This document shows, piece by piece, positions 61,201 to 64,000 of a stretch of 64,000 nt of DNA; position 1 is the stretch's first letter; each line of letters starts with the position of its first letter. The notes under the pieces are model-generated. The model was not told the origin of the DNA. It saw only the letters and a list, made by a program, of their open reading frames with translations, and made no database searches. This DNA is from Stylophora pistillata (lineage: Eukaryota). Made by a program: the position numbers and the translations under genes. The DNA lies in NCBI RefSeq assembly GCF_002571385.2, contig NW_019217902.1, forward strand, positions 189,664 through 253,663, written 5' to 3'.

Positions 61201-63368
61201 GGGAAAAAAACCACAAAGCGTTGCTAGAACTTGAAAGCCTGAAACTAAGTCCTGCTAATTTCGTTGATCTTCAAATGTTAATAGCACGAGCAGAGAACTA
61301 CGTATCAGCTTGTAACTTCAAACCAGCTTTGGAGCGCCACAAGAATGCCTTGAGGCTTGCCAGGAAATTGCAACCTACAGATTGGAGAGCACTATTACGT
61401 GTTCTTCAGCATATTGGAACTCTACTCCTCAGTGAGGGAAAGCGGGTCGAGGCAAAGCCATATGCTGAGGAAATGTTGGAAGTCTGCAAGAAGATGCCAC
61501 ATATGTCTGATTATTACATCAGAGGGATGACCGACGCTCTCCATATACTTAGCTCTTTTGATAGCCAGAAATCGGAAGCATTGCTGCTAAAAGTGCTCCA
61601 AGAAAGGTGGCCTCGTATATACAAAAGCGTGATCAACTGCTGTACAGAAACTAGTGCAATTGAGGATGGAAGCGATGACCACGCAGCCCGAATTCTAGAA
61701 TGTCTGGTAGAGTGCTGGTGTGTTGCTCTCAAAACAAACAAACCAACGATTAAAAACCCAGCAGAAATGAGCAAGGTACCCATGTACTTGACAATAGCGA
61801 AGATTGCATTAGCAATTCGAACAAAGTTCTACGGTGAAACGCACTCAGGCCTACAAACCGCCTATAGAAATTTAATAGCAGTTCACCTTATCGGAGGAAA
61901 TAAAGCTGAAGCCCAACATTGCATGCAGTTGTTAGAAGAGTGTAGTGCAGAAGCAAAAGCAGAGGTCCGCCAGGGCTTGCCACCATGTGATTCTGTTATG
62001 TATGCTACCCGAAAACGAAAAGAGTTAGGTAATAAGTCATTCAAAGTCCACGATTATGATCAGGCATATTTACGTTATTCTGAAGCTTTAAGTTTGTCTC
62101 CAAATGATGCCAAGTTGCTGACTAATAGAGCTGCAACATGTTTAAAACTATCAGAGAGACAATGCTCAGTGGATGATAAACAGAAATGGCTTAGATATGC
62201 CTTGGATGATTCGCAGAATGCTATAAAGAACGATCCTGCCTGGGAAAAGGGGTACCGTTGGAAGGCTGTCTGTCTTGCTCATCTTGGCAAACGAGATCCT
62301 AGTCTTGCTACAGCTGCGATTGCTCGGCATCTTTTCCCATCGAAATGCACAATCATTCCAGCAGTCGTGGATCGCTTTGGAAACTTTGATGTACATGTCG
62401 TTAACACAGTACAAGACTTTCAATTTCCAACAGAGAAAACAGATACTCGAAATCTAGTCATTGTGGTGAATGAAGGACGGTACCAGCTAACAGACCCCCT
62501 GACGATCCCAAAAAATACGATAATGGTTGGTCATGGCAACGTCCAAATAACGTGCTATAGTGGTGTTCCACTTAGGTCCAAGAAACCCATTTACATGGAG
62601 AACATTGTACAATCATCTATAGTTGAGTCCATGCAAAGTCTTAAAGAAACTGCGAAGGCGCACCTCGATCGCGGCCAATTGGACGAAGCACTGGCGGTGT
62701 ATGACAAGTGTCTGGCTCTATGTCCAAACAATTCAAAGATTCTAACTAGCAGGGCGTCAACCTATTTAAAATCTGCCCAACAACAAAAAGGTAGTCCGTT
62801 GGAGAGAAAGTCTTCGCTGCAGCTTGCATTAAGCGATACTGAAGCTGCCATCAAAGCTGACCCTTCCTGGCTACTTGGTTACCGTGCCAATTCTGTAACC
62901 TTGGCAGAGCTGGGCAGAAAGCCAGAAGCACTAGCTGCTGCTGCAGTGTTTAAACACTTGAGCCTAGGTCGGGATATCCCGGAAGTCACTCAGCACTATG
63001 GAGAGATCCAGGTCCATGTTTTGGAAACTTCAGATCAGCTGCGATGTGTTATTCAAAATGTAGAGAAGGTTGAGGGGAAGAACCTAGTCGTTGTCATAAA
63101 GGAAGGCGAGTATCAGTTGGAGAGAAGTGTTGAAATTTCAGTAGACATCGTGATCGTTGGTCTCGGGAGAGTATCGATAGCGTGCAAGAGAGGAGATCCT
63201 TTCCGGTTTACAGCAGCATGTCATGTTGAGAATGTAGAAATGACTACGGACTGTGACAGCCAGGAGGAATCCCATGAGTGCAGCTCAAATGATACTGAAC
63301 CAGAAGTGATACGTCTGGCCACACCGTCCGGGTACGACAACACAAGTAATGAATGTAAAGTGGACTAA
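58206..63368 (+). CDS. 1720-aa single-exon STAND/NLR-like protein: DUF4559/CXorf38-like HEPN - coiled coil - NB-ARC - TPR - 2x(TPR + beta-helix-cap-like)
   Basis: Uninterrupted ORF; RNHWAH (aa 160-165), Walker A GLGGCGKTS (aa 481), Walker B WLLVVDNAD, ILFTTR, GGLPLALEQAAAY, VHKLVQEVVR, TPR motifs. Confidence 0.93.
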   Translation: MASVWTAELDKKEHKNWVMVGCALNITKNGITQLIQRKMETWYQYLISSPPLHSLSPHTCTRHSSKCATCTTWKKELERLHKSPRPKICWDNSDRQQWGSPTGAWEIAKVFMPTLGTRKGVITDSNTTDIGGLLNILEWCPFINPTVNRAVLSAVRDKGRNHWAHSPKQELEDSEVNTIFGHLNNLLNDPVFNTDKEAQKSAKDLQDLSHDGLLTARESEVRALQLLRQTLVTDLVKCKEDLSEVQNQGKENRVETVELREQLAGLAAEVHATRSDLRKGQGELLEAQGNVRQLDAKITKSEEFFRKEIFELKGQNEMHREEIVKLRQQCSDIVEGDRDLKKKLSQIIATVENFNSLVNERDDLQGSLEVISEDLDEVASCMRNIVLELNITTNKVANLGISLDSVKSEVKEVKSEVETLKEKSSNGQEKKDIAALCTAPCRLQEFTGREPALVWLEQNLVPDRDSAYFSDTSCCTKTICGLGGCGKTSLAVEFVWRSKKHFKGGVFWINGETDENVSKSVAENLALLNIPASTGENLDDSLNRFLAFLSNKSYPWLLVVDNADELTSPKCPSGVIKICKGPWQRNAKAPKYGHILFTTRQNAKDIKTLLKLLPKDCWELQSFTEEEGALFLMRRTGLEGESPYKEAIDLAKELGGLPLALEQAAAYISALPIPCTFKAYLDKYRDVKLRLLEQQPVTAFSVEAQHRLSVHTTWEMNFEFVAEKSPAAATMMRIASFLESENIPFEVINSGLPVLDQVELRKAASSEIDIAAVLKLLTCYSLFSVDQKSRVFGVHKLVQEVVRDSLSTPVRTKTLNAAMRLLHHALRKKSESSLKLNREFVENWSELNEEDRNIIIALLLNIRKLKDHLQSELKSSTENFVHCTCKDRTFIELFGFVNRLIRMNIFFNKLKAELSEFELQVEILWNHEDPNRILDVMANTCVNKRNCSDVKSYNEAKKLAEKAVQRLHEFENSGATIDEDVKYRILEHQASYYAMEKQWEKNHKALLELESLKLSPANFVDLQMLIARAENYVSACNFKPALERHKNALRLARKLQPTDWRALLRVLQHIGTLLLSEGKRVEAKPYAEEMLEVCKKMPHMSDYYIRGMTDALHILSSFDSQKSEALLLKVLQERWPRIYKSVINCCTETSAIEDGSDDHAARILECLVECWCVALKTNKPTIKNPAEMSKVPMYLTIAKIALAIRTKFYGETHSGLQTAYRNLIAVHLIGGNKAEAQHCMQLLEECSAEAKAEVRQGLPPCDSVMYATRKRKELGNKSFKVHDYDQAYLRYSEALSLSPNDAKLLTNRAATCLKLSERQCSVDDKQKWLRYALDDSQNAIKNDPAWEKGYRWKAVCLAHLGKRDPSLATAAIARHLFPSKCTIIPAVVDRFGNFDVHVVNTVQDFQFPTEKTDTRNLVIVVNEGRYQLTDPLTIPKNTIMVGHGNVQITCYSGVPLRSKKPIYMENIVQSSIVESMQSLKETAKAHLDRGQLDEALAVYDKCLALCPNNSKILTSRASTYLKSAQQQKGSPLERKSSLQLALSDTEAAIKADPSWLLGYRANSVTLAELGRKPEALAAAAVFKHLSLGRDIPEVTQHYGEIQVHVLETSDQLRCVIQNVEKVEGKNLVVVIKEGEYQLERSVEISVDIVIVGLGRVSIACKRGDPFRFTAACHVENVEMTTDCDSQEESHECSSNDTEPEVIRLATPSGYDNTSNECKVD

Positions 63369-63925
63369 CCGTCCTTTGAAAAGCTTATTTTACAGGAACA
63401 TAACCGAGAACGTTTGTCTTGTGAACTGAACTCCTTTTACTTAAACAAACTCAGAGCATGCTAAATTATCTAGTTATCCTGTCTGGAGACGACTGACTAA
63501 ACAATTGACAGCATGCATAGTTGTAGCAATATTGTTTAAACGCTTGAACGAACAAGATGAGGCCATGCACCTAAGGCGATTGAGTTGCGGTGCGGTCCCT
63601 TAAGTTACTAAAAACTGAATATATCAAGCCTTTAGACAGACAATTCAAAAGCCAATCAGAAAAAATGAGTTAAAATTTCAATAGCATTGAAAAAGCAGAT
63701 GAGAAACAAACGAAACGTTCTGTTCCAAAATACTGGCGACCATTTTACGCTTAAAGATTATTTCTAGATGAAGGGATTAATAAATCTGTATAAGGGAAAA
63801 ACATTGTCAAAGTATGTGAGTGCTGAGATCGACTTGGATCCGGTTATCATTGTAAACGAGGAAGGTTGCCGTTGACAACACCGATATTTTACGAAAATAT
63901 AAATATTGAAAATATTGAAAACATT

Positions 63926-64000
63926 GAATCAAAGAATTACATAAAATATCTGGAAGTCTATATCGATAAGCACCTAAATTGGCAACCGCAAATACAACAT
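63926..64000 (+). mobile_element. Start of a 5'-truncated LINE reverse-transcriptase fragment
   Basis: ESKNYIKYLEVYIDKHLNWQPQIQH resembles the RT motif KYLGVxID..LxW. Confidence 0.7.

Noticed and set aside
58206-63368. Bacterial contamination or recent HGT for the intronless STAND gene
   Set aside because: It is embedded among animal repeats, has a local decayed paralog, and no operon context is visible. Ancient HGT cannot be judged without a phylogeny.

Overview
Eukaryotic (animal) genomic DNA. The repeat families suggest a cnidarian, probably a stony coral, but that is an inference. (1) 870-42266 (+) is the 3' part of a giant spliced extracellular-matrix gene. I traced 45 exons with consistent splice phases (10,626 nt, about 3,540 codons; the 5' end is outside the window). 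Domain order: partial VWA - 3x follistatin/Kazal (FS) - VWA - GON - VWA - 28x FS - polybasic furin-type linker - LamG - EGF - LamG - EGF - VWA. It is agrin-like but not a canonical agrin. Two adjacent FS exons carry in-frame TGA codons, and the last intron holds an IS3EU-type DNA transposon with a nested MITE. (2) 58206-63368 (+) is an intact single-exon 1720-aa NLR-like STAND NTPase: CXorf38/DUF4559-type HEPN domain (RNHWAH) - coiled coil - NB-ARC - TPRs - a duplicated [HOP-like TPR + beta-helix-cap-like] module. It is a candidate sensor-activated RNase and the most interesting item here. (3) 50175-51656 is a decayed tandem copy of that gene's 3' end. The rest is SINE, LINE, Penelope and MITE debris, micro/minisatellites and two assembly gaps. 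All domain names come from motif recognition, not database searches.
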